Origin: a virus
Lineage: Duplodnaviria; Caudoviricetes
IMG/VR virus record: IMGVR_UViG_3300035109_000005
Span: 1 to 60,841 of that record
Reading direction: 5' to 3' (one strand)
Length of the DNA: 60,841 nt
The notes below the pieces were generated by a model. That model made no database searches, was not told where the DNA came from, and was given only the letters and a program-made list of their open reading frames with translations. Made by a program: the position numbers and the translations under genes. This document shows, in pieces, positions 1-9,517 of the stretch (positions are counted from its first letter, which is position 1; each line of letters opens with the position of its first letter).

Positions 1-126
1 CGTCTCGTCCCGCTCGTCCGGGTCTGTGCAATTTATCCCCAGCGTGAGCTCGAACTTTTCAGCCATCGCCTCGCGCACGGCGTCGCGGACAACCTGCTTG
101 ACGTCTTCCTTTGTCAGTTCCGGCAT
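1..126 (-). CDS. Partial phage protein downstream of the lysis genes (runs off the left edge)
   Basis: ATG at 126, open to position 1: MPELTKEDVKQVVRDAVREAMAEKFELTLGINCTDPDERDET; co-oriented with the late operon. Confidence 0.55.
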   Translation of the reverse strand, partial: MPELTKEDVKQVVRDAVREAMAEKFELTLGINCTDPDERDET

Positions 127-167
127 TTTGTCGGCTCCCCAGCCCGTTCCATCGATTCTGCGCAGGA

Positions 168-611
168 TTACTGCGCGGCGGCCGCGACCGTCGCCGGCGC
201 CGGAATGGTCTGCGACGGCGCGCCAGTCGGGACGGAGCCGACCGACGCCTGAATGGCGCTCACGAGGGGGCAAAGCTGCGCGGCGACGGCCTGATTGGTC
301 GCGAGGATATCCTGGACCTGCGCGGCCGAGCTCGACGACGGCGCTGTGATTTTGAGGATATTGCTCGCAGTCTGGGAGGCGAGCCCCATGGCCGGTGAGC
401 ATTCGGCCTGCACGAGGATATTGCCGACCATGAGCAAATCCTTACCGACGATCGGCGCGTATTTGGCGACGGCGATGTTTGCCGCATTGATGCGCGACGA
501 CGCCTGCGTAAACGATCCGCTCCAATCAATGGAGCCGTCCGGGTTGAGGGCGCAGCCGCCGAGAGAAGCGGCGAGCGCGACGGCGAGAAGAAGATGGCGG
601 GAAAGCGTCAT
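168..611 (-). CDS. Lipoprotein in the lysis region (147 aa)
   Basis: Signal peptide with lipobox LAASLGG-C; located in the lysis cassette. Confidence 0.7.
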   Translation of the reverse strand: MTLSRHLLLAVALAASLGGCALNPDGSIDWSGSFTQASSRINAANIAVAKYAPIVGKDLLMVGNILVQAECSPAMGLASQTASNILKITAPSSSSAAQVQDILATNQAVAAQLCPLVSAIQASVGSVPTGAPSQTIPAPATVAAAAQ

Positions 612-621
612 TAGCTAGCTC

Positions 622-891
622 CTATTTGCATTCGTGGCGGATGGTTTGACGCGCGTAAATCCAATCAGAGACCATGCGCGGCCAAGCGGCGCCGCCGACC
701 GCGCGCATCTCCCTCGCCACCTGGCGCTGCATGGCTTGAGAATAGGCGGGAAGCGATGCGATGTCGGCAGGGCATTTTGCCGGGGCTGCGGAGGTCGCTG
801 GCGCGTTATATGAGGTCGGGAATAGCGACGTGCCTGGGGTGCTGTTGCAGCCACCCAGAAGCGCTACTGAGAGGATCAGCGCACGCTTCAT
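622..891 (-). CDS. Small lipoprotein, candidate o-spanin (Rz1-like)
   Basis: MKRALILSVALLGG-C lipobox, Pro-rich, extra Cys residues; ATGA overlap with the upstream stop. Confidence 0.65.
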   Translation of the reverse strand: MKRALILSVALLGGCNSTPGTSLFPTSYNAPATSAAPAKCPADIASLPAYSQAMQRQVAREMRAVGGAAWPRMVSDWIYARQTIRHECK

Positions 892-1187
892 GCGTCGCTC
901 CTTTCCAGCACGTCGATTGCCTGCGCGACGCTGAAATGCAGATAGCCGTCCGGCGTGATGGAGACATTGCCCCCGAATTTCTCCGAGAGCCCGGCGATCT
1001 TCGCCCATACCGCCTTGCCTTCCGGCGTCGTTGTCAGCCACGTATGCGCCGCCTGCTCGATCGAGATCACGTCTTCTGCGACCTTGACCGCGCCGACAGG
1101 GATGTTCACGCCGGGGATAAGGCTTGCAACGTCGAGGACGAGCGGCAGAACCTTCCCCAGAACATCAATGGCGGTTTGGGCGTTCAC
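888..1187 (-). CDS. Hypothetical lysis-region protein (99 aa)
   Basis: GTG at 1187 overlaps the holin stop (GTGA); amphipathic N-terminus. Confidence 0.6.
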   Translation of the reverse strand: MNAQTAIDVLGKVLPLVLDVASLIPGVNIPVGAVKVAEDVISIEQAAHTWLTTTPEGKAVWAKIAGLSEKFGGNVSITPDGYLHFSVAQAIDVLERSDA

Positions 1188-1474
1188 TGCTTCTGCCCAT
1201 CGGCAAGAGCCGGCGCCAGCGCGCTCGAGACCTGCGTCGCAAGGATTGGATGATCCTGCAGGACAACCATCGCCTGCTTCGCGAGAGCCGGGGCCCGCTT
1301 CGAATACCAAGACCAAATTGCCGACGGCAGGCCGAGGATCAGCGTCGCGATGAAGAGCGAGAAATCCGGGCCGAGCATTTTCAGCAATTCTGGATCGATA
1401 TGCTTGGCGCCCCAATAGCCGAGAAGCACCGCCAGATAGGTGCGGACCTGCCCGAGAATCTGCTCTTGGTTCAT
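1184..1474 (-). CDS. Putative holin
   Basis: 96 aa, two hydrophobic segments, WSWYSK motif after TM2, GAAAGGAAAG RBS, close to the endolysin. Confidence 0.65.
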   Translation of the reverse strand: MNQEQILGQVRTYLAVLLGYWGAKHIDPELLKMLGPDFSLFIATLILGLPSAIWSWYSKRAPALAKQAMVVLQDHPILATQVSSALAPALADGQKQ

Positions 1475-1517
1475 ATTCTTTCCTTTCAATGATGCAGGTG
1501 GATTTTTTCAGGTTCGC

Positions 1518-1736
1518 TCATTTGCCGAAGGCGCCGAAATCCTTCGCCACGATGATGATCGCGAGGAAGAGGATGATGCCTCCGACTTGGCTTTCTGGCG
1601 ACGCCGGGCGGCGCGGCGGGTCGCCGAACTTCCACGGATTGCTCCTCTCGCCGAGCGTTTCGAACCAGACGAATATGGAGATCGCGCCGGCGGCGATGAT
1701 TAGGAGGAAAGGCACGATGAAGCGCGGCGGCAACAT
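1518..1736 (-). CDS. Small two-TM membrane protein (holin/antiholin candidate)
   Basis: Two hydrophobic stretches (FIVPFLLIIAAGAISIFVW; GGIILFLAIIIVA). Confidence 0.5.
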   Translation of the reverse strand: MLPPRFIVPFLLIIAAGAISIFVWFETLGERSNPWKFGDPPRRPASPESQVGGIILFLAIIIVAKDFGAFGK

Positions 1737-1749
1737 GGAGCACCTCAAG

Positions 1750-1965
1750 CTAACTAGGCGCAGAAGATGAGCGTCCCATTGCCCGCGTCTCGTCCTGCGA
1801 GTCGCAATAGGCGCGGATGACGGAGAGGTAGTCGGCGCGCGTCATGCGCACGCCCTGGCAGTAGAGATGGATCAGCGCGTCGCGCGGCGACCATCCGGAC
1901 ACGAAGTAGATCAGCACGCGCGCCCGCAGATCCGGCGAGACCCTACGCGCACCATCATCGCTCAC
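1750..1965 (-). CDS. Hypothetical protein (71 aa)
   Basis: Compact ORF tiling the late operon. Confidence 0.45.
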   Translation of the reverse strand: MSDDGARRVSPDLRARVLIYFVSGWSPRDALIHLYCQGVRMTRADYLSVIRAYCDSQDETRAMGRSSSAPS

Positions 1966-2179
1966 GGCGCCCGCACGGCAATGACGCCGCGACGAGCGCG
2001 ATCATCGCCCCTGCAAAGAGGTGCTTCTTCATGCGGTCCTTTTGTGTTATGAAAATCGAAGGGAGCGGCGGCGTGGATTGGACACGCTAGGTCATCCGTC
2101 AGCGCGACGGAAACACGCGGAGCAGATCGCGTTATCGACCGAAAGAAGCGCGCAGCCGGTATCAAGCCCGGCCCGCTCC

Positions 2180-2329
2180 CTACCCTTCTACTTCCCATCC
2201 GCCCGGCGTCGACCGCGCGACGCAGCGCGCTGGCGCCGGATCAGGCTTACGAGACAGCATCCAAGGCAGGAACGGCAGTAGCAGCACGAGGCCAGCGGCG
2301 ACCGCGAGGCAGTGCAGACGATAGCTCAT
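2180..2329 (-). CDS. Small membrane peptide (49 aa)
   Basis: ATGA overlap with the endolysin stop; hydrophobic LAVAAGLVLLLPFLPW. Confidence 0.45.
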   Translation of the reverse strand: MSYRLHCLAVAAGLVLLLPFLPWMLSRKPDPAPARCVARSTPGGWEVEG

Positions 2330-2799
2330 CGGACCGCCATCAATTTCGCGAGCGCGCGCACGCCAGCAACACGATTGGACCACCCGTGCCCGAACGCCCG
2401 CCATGTCGTGAGATGCTTTAGGAACGCAAGCCTCATATCGCAGAAGGCGTCGATAACCCTCATCTGCGATCCAGCTTTACCCGCTGCGGCAAACCATTTC
2501 TTGGCCTGCGCGACGCCAGAATTCACCGCCGCGTCGAAGACGACCAAATCAATGCCGCGGGGAAGCGCGTCGCCGCTGATCGCGTCCCAATATTGGCCCC
2601 GATAGATCGCATCGCGCTCGCTGTCCGCCATACGATAGACGTCCATAGGCAACAGTGCGCGGGAGCGGCGCCAAGCGTTGTAGGTGGCTTGGGTCACTCC
2701 CGCATTCGTTCTGCCGCCGGGATCATCAGCTCTATCGACTTTCCCGCCTTCGTATATCAGGACGGCTCGCATGCACGCGGCGAAATTGTCTGAAGCCAT
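2326..2799 (-). CDS. Endolysin, glycoside hydrolase family 108
   Basis: EGG...DPGGRTNAGVTQ catalytic motif, YRGQYWD, C-terminal WRAFGHGWSNRV. Confidence 0.9.
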   Translation of the reverse strand: MASDNFAACMRAVLIYEGGKVDRADDPGGRTNAGVTQATYNAWRRSRALLPMDVYRMADSERDAIYRGQYWDAISGDALPRGIDLVVFDAAVNSGVAQAKKWFAAAGKAGSQMRVIDAFCDMRLAFLKHLTTWRAFGHGWSNRVAGVRALAKLMAVR

Positions 2800-2886
2800 T
2801 GTGTGGGCTCCCTTCAACTGACAGACCAGAACAGATGGCATGAGGGGCGATGGCCGCCGCAGCGCGGAAGCGCTGGGCGTCTGTCA

Positions 2887-3750
2887 TCAGTTATAAATCG
2901 ACGTCGAGTCGACGTAGCCGTTGGTATTGCCAGGAAAATAGCTGGCCCCGCCGCCATTGGTGAAAATCACGCTCGAAAGCTGGTCGTTATATCTCAGGCC
3001 CGTCGCCCCGCCGGAGAAGGAGACAAAATTGCGTGAGACGTAGACGGTCCCGTGTCCATAGGACAGGACAAAGCCCTGCGTGAAATTCGGGGTGCCGGTC
3101 AAAGTGACCGTCGCGCCGTTGCCCTGCACAACTGCGCCGCCGACGGCGGCGTTGTAATGCGTCGGTGCGCCGCCGGATATCGTGTAGTTGCCCCAAATCT
3201 GCGCAATAGCGCCGGGGTCCTGCGCCCCGATGTGACCGCCGGTGGCGGAATGGAAGTTCACGCCATTGCCGATCCGAACTACCCCAGAATTCTGCACCAG
3301 GATGCAGAAGCCCTGTCCGTAGTTGGTGGGGGCCGTCGAACTCAGACCAATGTTCTGGATCGTGTAGAGGTTGGTGATGCTTCCCTGCGTGTCGATCGCG
3401 TCCCACGCCGAGCTGGTGACTAGAGAGCCGCCGCCATCGATGACGACATTGCCCCGGCCGACCATCTGCCGAAGAGCGATCGTCGGAAAAAATTGCGTCG
3501 CACTGGTGAACGTCTGCCCGGACGCGAGTTGGATCGTGACGGTGTAGGGGCCGATGTCGTAGCTGTCCGCCGCTCGGTCGAGCGCCGCTTGTGGCGTCTT
3601 GCATGCCGTGGTCCGGGTCAAACAATCGTTTGCGTCATTGCCGTTCTGGCCGTCCGCATAGAACGTCGTGTCGGCCGTGAGCTGCGTCCGCGCGACCGCC
3701 GGAAGCGAGAAGGCGCACAGGGCCAGAATGAGAGTGATTATCCTAAGCAC
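2887..3750 (-). CDS. Beta-helix/tailspike-like protein with N-terminal signal peptide
   Basis: Signal peptide LPAVA/RT; GNDANDCLT..ACKTPQAA motif typical of pectin-lyase-fold N-termini; G/N/S/T-rich. Confidence 0.6.
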   Translation of the reverse strand: MLRIITLILALCAFSLPAVARTQLTADTTFYADGQNGNDANDCLTRTTACKTPQAALDRAADSYDIGPYTVTIQLASGQTFTSATQFFPTIALRQMVGRGNVVIDGGGSLVTSSAWDAIDTQGSITNLYTIQNIGLSSTAPTNYGQGFCILVQNSGVVRIGNGVNFHSATGGHIGAQDPGAIAQIWGNYTISGGAPTHYNAAVGGAVVQGNGATVTLTGTPNFTQGFVLSYGHGTVYVSRNFVSFSGGATGLRYNDQLSSVIFTNGGGASYFPGNTNGYVDSTSIYN

Positions 3751-3764
3751 GCATATCTCCTTGG

Positions 3765-6140
3765 TTACATGCGAAGATTTATGGACAGAGCACTGAATTG
3801 ATACGTGCTAAGTCCATAATAGGTTGTCGGATGAGTGCCATCCGCAATTTCAAGCGCCGAGACGTAATGCGCCCCAATAGCCGGAGCCGTCGAATACCAT
3901 GCCACAAGCGTATTCGGAGACACGCTCTGCGAATATCCAAGAGCCCCACTATAACTCGTCGTCGAGTCAAATCCTAGACCAACATAAGCATTTCCGGAGG
4001 AACCAACGGCAGCAAGAACTGAGTACGCTGAAGTAACGCTGTCCTCCGCAAGACCGATGATGAAGTTATGCCGGATCGTCGCGGAGTTGTTCGCAGCGCG
4101 CCAAGTCGATGTCGAGTAAGTCCAGCTCGCGGTCGTGTCTCCGACCATCGAACTGACCGCGACGCGATTGTAAGCGTTCCACAGCATGAATTTGGAGGCG
4201 GTCCCGCCGGCCGCATTCGCGCCGAATATCCAGTCGATTTGCCCTGTGCTAGCATTAGTTGAAAAGGAACCAAGATAGGTTCCTTGGTTCGCCGAGAGGG
4301 CGATCGTCGCGGCGTTCGATGTGCGGCATGTCGGCGCGCCTGAGTTCGTCCAATAGCCGCGTGTCGTCATATCGAGTGCGGTGGCGCGCGTCGTGGTGTT
4401 CGTCCACGCGACCGTGCAGAGCGCTGGAGACCCAGAGTTGTTATATGCGAAAACATCGAAGGCGCTATTCGCCGCCCAGTTCGAGCCGAGCGCAAGACTT
4501 ATGCCGGAACCGCCAATGTCGTAAGCCTGATCGTTGGTCCCATTGTAGATCGTAACCAGATGCCCGGAATAAGGAAGATAGTAGAGCGTCGTCGCACCGG
4601 AGATGGTGGCGGTCATGACCGGGAACGTGCTTGAGAGCGTCAACCTGCCTTGGAAAAGCGGGGCCGAGATTTGGATGGTCCCAGTCGTGGTGATGGCCCC
4701 GCCGAACAAGCCGCCCCCAGTCGCGACGCTCGTCACGGTCCCTCCGGCCAGCGGCGCGTAGCTCCATTTGGACACGCCGTCGCTGACCAAATCCATCTGG
4801 CCGTAGGCGGAATTAACAACGACCGCCGACGTGCCGCCGTTGATCGTGTCTGAGCCGGAGCGCTGGACTGAAATCGTTTTGGTAGCCGTAGCGACGCCCG
4901 CTAGATCGGCGATCGTAATCGCGTGGCCTGCGTTGACCGAATTTGCCGCCGGTAGCGTATCTGTCCGCGCCGCCGAGAGAGCTGAGTGATAGACGACAAC
5001 GTCGGTGGCGAGGATGGTGTAGTTGGCATCGCCGCCATTTGTCGCTGCTTCAATTCCGAGGCCGGACGAACTTTTCGCAGCCTTCGCCGTGGTCTGACCT
5101 GTGCCGCCTTCTGCAATGCTTGTAGTCGTGCCCCAAGAATACGCGCCAACGCCCGTGCGTCGCTGTATTCCGGTCCCCGACGCGCCGGAAATATTGTCGA
5201 GACACGTCCCGCTTGCCGCCGTGCAGTTTGTTCCGCCGTTGGCGACAGCCAGCTGTGTGCCGCTCCAATCGTTGTTATTGACAGTCGCTTTCGTTGCAAG
5301 GGCTTGGAGCCCTAGATTGCTGCGAGCAGTCGCGGCGTTTGCAAGATCGGATAGGTTGTTCGCCGGATTGAGAGGCGCGAACCCAAGCGATCCCTGAACG
5401 CCGCCAGCTCCGCTAAGCGGCTGGGTCAGCGCCGTCGCGACATTGGTTCCGAGACCGCTTACGCCCGTCGAAATAGGAAGGCCGGTGGCGTTGGTCAGCA
5501 CAGCGGCCGATGGTGTGCCTAAGTTCGGTGTCGTGAATGCCGGCGACGTAACCAGCGCGACAGCGCCTGACCCGGAGACGCCATTGGAGAGGTCCGTCGC
5601 CGCGATGGCTTGTGTGCCACCGAGCGCGACGTTGTGGCCCGCGATCGTCATCGACGAGTTAGCGAGAGCCGCGTTGGGGACGGCTTCGTAAGTGACCGCG
5701 TTTGCACCCGTGACCACGGGGACCGTATTGCTGCTCGGCGACGCGCCGTAGGCCACGCCATTGACCTTGCCGACGACCGTCACCAACGAGCCAGCGGCGT
5801 TCGTGACGTCGCCAGTAAGTGCGGGGAATTGCCCAGCGCCCAAGTAGCCGCCTGCCGCGAGGACAGTGAGCCCACCGGCTGCGTTGGTTGGAACGCCTAG
5901 CGCCAAAACAACGCCCGCGCCTAGGCCCGTGATGTTCGACACCGCCAGCGCGTTGTTCGCGCTGATGATGCGCGTGTGTAGTTTCCCATCCCCACCGAGC
6001 TGGTTGATGACGAACGAATCGCTGCTCGAGAACGGCGTCGTCCCTGCCGGTAGGTTCGTAGTTGGGATAGGCCCCTGCGCGTGCGCCGCTGTGATGAAGA
6101 CAGCGAACGCTGCGAAGGCGATTAGTGTTTTGCGCATCAA
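3765..6140 (-). CDS. Tail-fibre-like protein (791 aa) with N-terminal signal peptide
   Basis: AHA/Q signal peptide; NNLSDLANAATARSNLGL, LAVANGGT and IAEGGTGQTTA fibre motifs; G/T/S/A-rich. Confidence 0.7.
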   Translation of the reverse strand: MMRKTLIAFAAFAVFITAAHAQGPIPTTNLPAGTTPFSSSDSFVINQLGGDGKLHTRIISANNALAVSNITGLGAGVVLALGVPTNAAGGLTVLAAGGYLGAGQFPALTGDVTNAAGSLVTVVGKVNGVAYGASPSSNTVPVVTGANAVTYEAVPNAALANSSMTIAGHNVALGGTQAIAATDLSNGVSGSGAVALVTSPAFTTPNLGTPSAAVLTNATGLPISTGVSGLGTNVATALTQPLSGAGGVQGSLGFAPLNPANNLSDLANAATARSNLGLQALATKATVNNNDWSGTQLAVANGGTNCTAASGTCLDNISGASGTGIQRRTGVGAYSWGTTTSIAEGGTGQTTAKAAKSSSGLGIEAATNGGDANYTILATDVVVYHSALSAARTDTLPAANSVNAGHAITIADLAGVATATKTISVQRSGSDTINGGTSAVVVNSAYGQMDLVSDGVSKWSYAPLAGGTVTSVATGGGLFGGAITTTGTIQISAPLFQGRLTLSSTFPVMTATISGATTLYYLPYSGHLVTIYNGTNDQAYDIGGSGISLALGSNWAANSAFDVFAYNNSGSPALCTVAWTNTTTRATALDMTTRGYWTNSGAPTCRTSNAATIALSANQGTYLGSFSTNASTGQIDWIFGANAAGGTASKFMLWNAYNRVAVSSMVGDTTASWTYSTSTWRAANNSATIRHNFIIGLAEDSVTSAYSVLAAVGSSGNAYVGLGFDSTTSYSGALGYSQSVSPNTLVAWYSTAPAIGAHYVSALEIADGTHPTTYYGLSTYQFSALSINLRM

Positions 6141-6601
6141 GTCACCAAGAGAGGTTGGCCACCTTCCGTGGTCAGGACCGCGCCCACATCTGTCGTGAGC
6201 ACGGGCGTCTGGCCGGGGTAAACGACGGCATTTGGGTCAACGGGTTGGAAGAAGCTCGCCACTGAGGATCGGCCGTTGGCGTCAAACACTTGCACCTGGC
6301 CGGAGAGGACGCGGTTGTCGGACACGCCGCTGATGTAAGCGGTCGCGCTCGTCACTTCCGGGACGGTGGTCGCCGCGTTGACGAAGTCCGCTTTCAGCAA
6401 GGAGAGCGGCGGAAACTTGCCGAGCACCTGGCCCCAGTAATTGACGCCGAGCGAGGTGTCGTACCAGCACTCGCCCTTGAAGGTTTTGATGGCGCTCGCG
6501 GCGTCTTGCGCGAGCGAATAAGGGTTGGAGGCGACCGCGATGTTGCCGCTGAGATCAACAGTCAGATCCCAGCTCACGACGTCCAGGAGCAGCGTCTGCA
6601 C
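6137..6601 (-). CDS. Baseplate wedge protein (gp25/DUF2634-like)
   Basis: WDLTVD.SGNIA, AQD.ASAIKTFKGECWYDTSLGVNY. Confidence 0.75.
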   Translation of the reverse strand: MQTLLLDVVSWDLTVDLSGNIAVASNPYSLAQDAASAIKTFKGECWYDTSLGVNYWGQVLGKFPPLSLLKADFVNAATTVPEVTSATAYISGVSDNRVLSGQVQVFDANGRSSVASFFQPVDPNAVVYPGQTPVLTTDVGAVLTTEGGQPLLVT

Positions 6602-6603
6602 GC

Positions 6604-7320
6604 TTACGTCCCCGCGACAGGAGCGCCGGAATTTCCAACACCCCCGCCGTTCTGGTGTTGGTGGCTCTGGAGCGCGATTTGGTCAGTTCCGCCCTGCCCA
6701 GCAACCACATTTTTTGTGGCCGTCATGTTGCCTTGCGTGGCGACCGTCCCCGTGCCGTTCTTCGTCGCCAGCGTGTAGCCGTTGGAATCCATCGTGAGGA
6801 CGTTCCCATTGCCGTCAGCGATCTCGAGCGAACCACCAGAACCATCCTGGTTAGTTCCCGGCGTGAATTTGATAAATTGCTTTGGCGCCGCGCTGACGAC
6901 CGTCCCCATATAGACGGCGTCGGCAACGTCGAACCGGCGGTTGGAGCCGGGATTGGCGCGGCCCTTCTTTTTGAGGGCTGCGGACGTGTCGCGATCAGGA
7001 CAAAACGCGTAGCCGATATCGCCAACCACTGGATCGCAGATGATGCCTGCGGTGCCGCCCTGCCATCGGACATATTGGATGCCGTAGACGGTCCCGTGCT
7101 CGGTCGATTTCCCCTGTCCGTCGACTTGGTTGACAAGGGGAGTGACGTCGATTGTCCCGGGCGCGTTGTTCTGGCCGGGATGCACCTTCTCGATGCGGAC
7201 CAGCTTCACAGTCCCGACGCGCCCCAGCATTTGATGCGTCAGGAACGCGCTGCGGTTGACCTCGGAATTGCCGTCGGTGGCGCTCTGCTGCCCGACGGTT
7301 CCTGAATTCGAACCTGCCAT
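6604..7320 (-). CDS. Baseplate central spike (gpV/Gp138-like)
   Basis: DPVVGDIG...DRD, RRFDVADA, C-terminal HQH metal-binding tip motif. Confidence 0.85.
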   Translation of the reverse strand: MAGSNSGTVGQQSATDGNSEVNRSAFLTHQMLGRVGTVKLVRIEKVHPGQNNAPGTIDVTPLVNQVDGQGKSTEHGTVYGIQYVRWQGGTAGIICDPVVGDIGYAFCPDRDTSAALKKKGRANPGSNRRFDVADAVYMGTVVSAAPKQFIKFTPGTNQDGSGGSLEIADGNGNVLTMDSNGYTLATKNGTGTVATQGNMTATKNVVAGQGGTDQIALQSHQHQNGGGVGNSGAPVAGT

Positions 7321-7355
7321 CCGTCATACTTCCGGTCTGTGGGAGCGGCGGCGCA

Positions 7356-7910
7356 TCAATTGCCGAAACAAGCCCAATTGACCTGCGCTGTGTCCGCCCC
7401 ATTGGATGAGGACGGCGTCACCGTCGTGGTCGAACTGACGACTTTGAGGGCGCCAGCGAGGGTCCCTGTCCCTGTCCAAGTCAGCACGCATAGCGGAGCC
7501 GCGGGGTAGGTGAATCCGAGCGATTGCACCGCGCACGCCCCCGCAGTCATGGTGCACTGGCCTTGAGCAGCGGTGGGATAGATGGGGTGCGCCGCGCCGT
7601 TGAAGTAAATGAAGACCCCGGACGACGTGGACCACACGTCCCCCTGGTTGGGGGACGTGGGAGCCACACCGATAGGAATGTTGCCACTCGCGAAGGACGT
7701 GGAGGATGGGGCGAAGTGGAGCGGTCCAATCAGCGTCCCGCCAGATATGCTCAGAGGGGTAAACCCGAGCACATCCTGCTTAGCGGCGAAAGCCGCGTTC
7801 CACTGACCCGCAGTCGGGACGTAACCGTATGACCAGTTAGGTGACGATTGCGCGGCGGCGCCGCCTGAAAGAACCGCGCACAAAGCCGCGACGCAACCTA
7901 TACGGTGCAT
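7356..7910 (-). CDS. Signal-peptide-bearing protein in the tail module (184 aa)
   Basis: AAA/Q cleavage site; QSSPNWSYGYVPTAGQWN; LGFTPLSISGGTLIGPL fibre-like motif. Confidence 0.6.
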   Translation of the reverse strand: MHRIGCVAALCAVLSGGAAAQSSPNWSYGYVPTAGQWNAAFAAKQDVLGFTPLSISGGTLIGPLHFAPSSTSFASGNIPIGVAPTSPNQGDVWSTSSGVFIYFNGAAHPIYPTAAQGQCTMTAGACAVQSLGFTYPAAPLCVLTWTGTGTLAGALKVVSSTTTVTPSSSNGADTAQVNWACFGN

Positions 7911-7935
7911 TCCGATCCTCCTTGATTAGCGGGCG

Positions 7936-8499
7936 TTAGCTGTTCGCCGGCCATGGATAGGCGTCGATCTGCGCGAAGGACGTGATCGAGCCATTGGCAA
8001 TCGCGGTCCCCACGGCCGCGAGCGCATTGGTCGCGGCCTTATAGAGGGCCGTCACAGCCTGATAGATCGCTGCCACCTGAGCGGCGGAGAGCGTCACCAC
8101 GCCAGAAGAAAAGGGATAATCCACCGTGTCCGACGGGTTGGCCTGCGCATCCAAGACAGCAAGCATCAGGCGCGACACTGCCTGCGCGTCTGTCGCGCAT
8201 TCGACATTTTGCGGCGCTTGCAGCGTGCCGATGTTGACGCTGATGCCGCCTGCCTCGATCGCCACCGATCTTGCTCGCGCGTACGCGACGAGCCGCTCCT
8301 TGCTAGGAGGTGGCGGAGCGTAGGGCGCTAGCGCCGCCGGAGGCCCAGCCTGATAGGTCAGACCGAGTGTGTTCGTGATCCATTCGGACCAAAGCGCGTC
8401 GGTGATCTCGATGGCGCCGGATGGAATGGTTGCGTTGATGTTCGAATCATAGAATGCCGTCGCTCTGCCGTCGTTTCCGATGGTCGCATATTTTGTCAT
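7936..8499 (-). CDS. Tail fibre assembly chaperone (DUF4376-like)
   Basis: Follows the fibre gene; FYD..I...IP..AIEIT, poly-Pro linker, C-terminal IDAYPWP. Confidence 0.7.
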   Translation of the reverse strand: MTKYATIGNDGRATAFYDSNINATIPSGAIEITDALWSEWITNTLGLTYQAGPPAALAPYAPPPPSKERLVAYARARSVAIEAGGISVNIGTLQAPQNVECATDAQAVSRLMLAVLDAQANPSDTVDYPFSSGVVTLSAAQVAAIYQAVTALYKAATNALAAVGTAIANGSITSFAQIDAYPWPANS

Positions 8500-8512
8500 C
8501 CCAGCCCTCCGA

Positions 8513-9502
8513 TCAGTAGCCGATAGCCACCCAGTAGAACCCCGTGATGTTGGAGTTGCTGCCGTAGGTGTTGTTAGCGATCAGTGCAGCCGTGGTCGTG
8601 CCCCGCGAGATCACCTGCGGGAAAACGTCGGCAAATATGTCATCGTGGCCGTTCTCGGTGGTGCCCGTTAGGGACAAGCACGCATTCGGAAAAGCCAGCG
8701 GGAATGTGATGGTGAACGACGTATCGGTGGAGAAGCCAGATATGGGTAAGTAGCCCCATTCCAGTATCAAACCGCCGGGCAGGATGTAGTAACCTACCAG
8801 ACTGAAGTTTAGAGCCGTGACAGTATTCGGATTTAGCAAGACCCACGAATTGGCTACTGAATCGAACGAAAACACAGCTTTGCTCGGCGCGACGGAAAGG
8901 TTGTTCGCAATCAGCCCCGCCCCGTCAAATCTAACTACGTTCTTTGCACCCGTCCCGTTGTAATTTAACGTAACAGCGGACGATGTATTCGAGTGCGCTG
9001 GGGTCGTCTGGATGACCAACCCCGTATACGGAGCCGCTGGCGCCCCAGGGATATTGACCACGAGCGCATTAACAGCGCCAGTGTCGGCCCCGTAGAGCAG
9101 GCCAGGCGTCCATGTCGTCCACCCCGCCCCGCCTGCGTCGGGATTGGAGGTGTTATTCTCCACAGAGTTCAGCCAGAATATTCCGAAGGTCGTAGCGGAC
9201 GCCACGACAGCGCCTTTCGGATAACCCCCGATCGCCGTGGAGAACGACGAATCCCATGGGACCGGACCGCCCGCAGCCTGCCACCAGTTCCACGCCGACA
9301 TCATATTGAGGATGCCGTTGAAGTCGCGCCCATCGGGAGCCCCCGTGGGCGAGAATGTGTTCGGGGGAAACCCGTCATACAACGACGCAGCGCCAGGGCT
9401 GATCGGTATCTGTGACGGGGTGGGAATAGACCTGATGTAACTACCGCCAGCGTTGTTGGCGAACGGGATCTGTAGCCTCGTAGGAAGCTGTGACGACTGC
9501 AT
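8513..9502 (-). CDS. Tail fibre protein
   Basis: N-terminal IPFA...GFPP...GRDFNGIL, IGGYPKGA; C-terminal GYYILPGGLILEWG...FPLAFPNAC...YWVAIGY. Confidence 0.85.
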   Translation of the reverse strand: MQSSQLPTRLQIPFANNAGGSYIRSIPTPSQIPISPGAASLYDGFPPNTFSPTGAPDGRDFNGILNMMSAWNWWQAAGGPVPWDSSFSTAIGGYPKGAVVASATTFGIFWLNSVENNTSNPDAGGAGWTTWTPGLLYGADTGAVNALVVNIPGAPAAPYTGLVIQTTPAHSNTSSAVTLNYNGTGAKNVVRFDGAGLIANNLSVAPSKAVFSFDSVANSWVLLNPNTVTALNFSLVGYYILPGGLILEWGYLPISGFSTDTSFTITFPLAFPNACLSLTGTTENGHDDIFADVFPQVISRGTTTAALIANNTYGSNSNITGFYWVAIGY

Positions 9503-9517
9503 GGAGTGGTGTCCTAC

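Noticed and set aside
9049-9063. Gapped match of the first five array-4 dinucleotides (GT GT AA AT CC) to the phage's own tail fibre gene
   Set aside because: Only 10 specified bases match and the next unit fails; this is expected by chance in a window this size
2887-9502. Diversity-generating retroelement or invertible fibre cassette
   Set aside because: No reverse transcriptase, invertase or adenine-variant repeat pair seen
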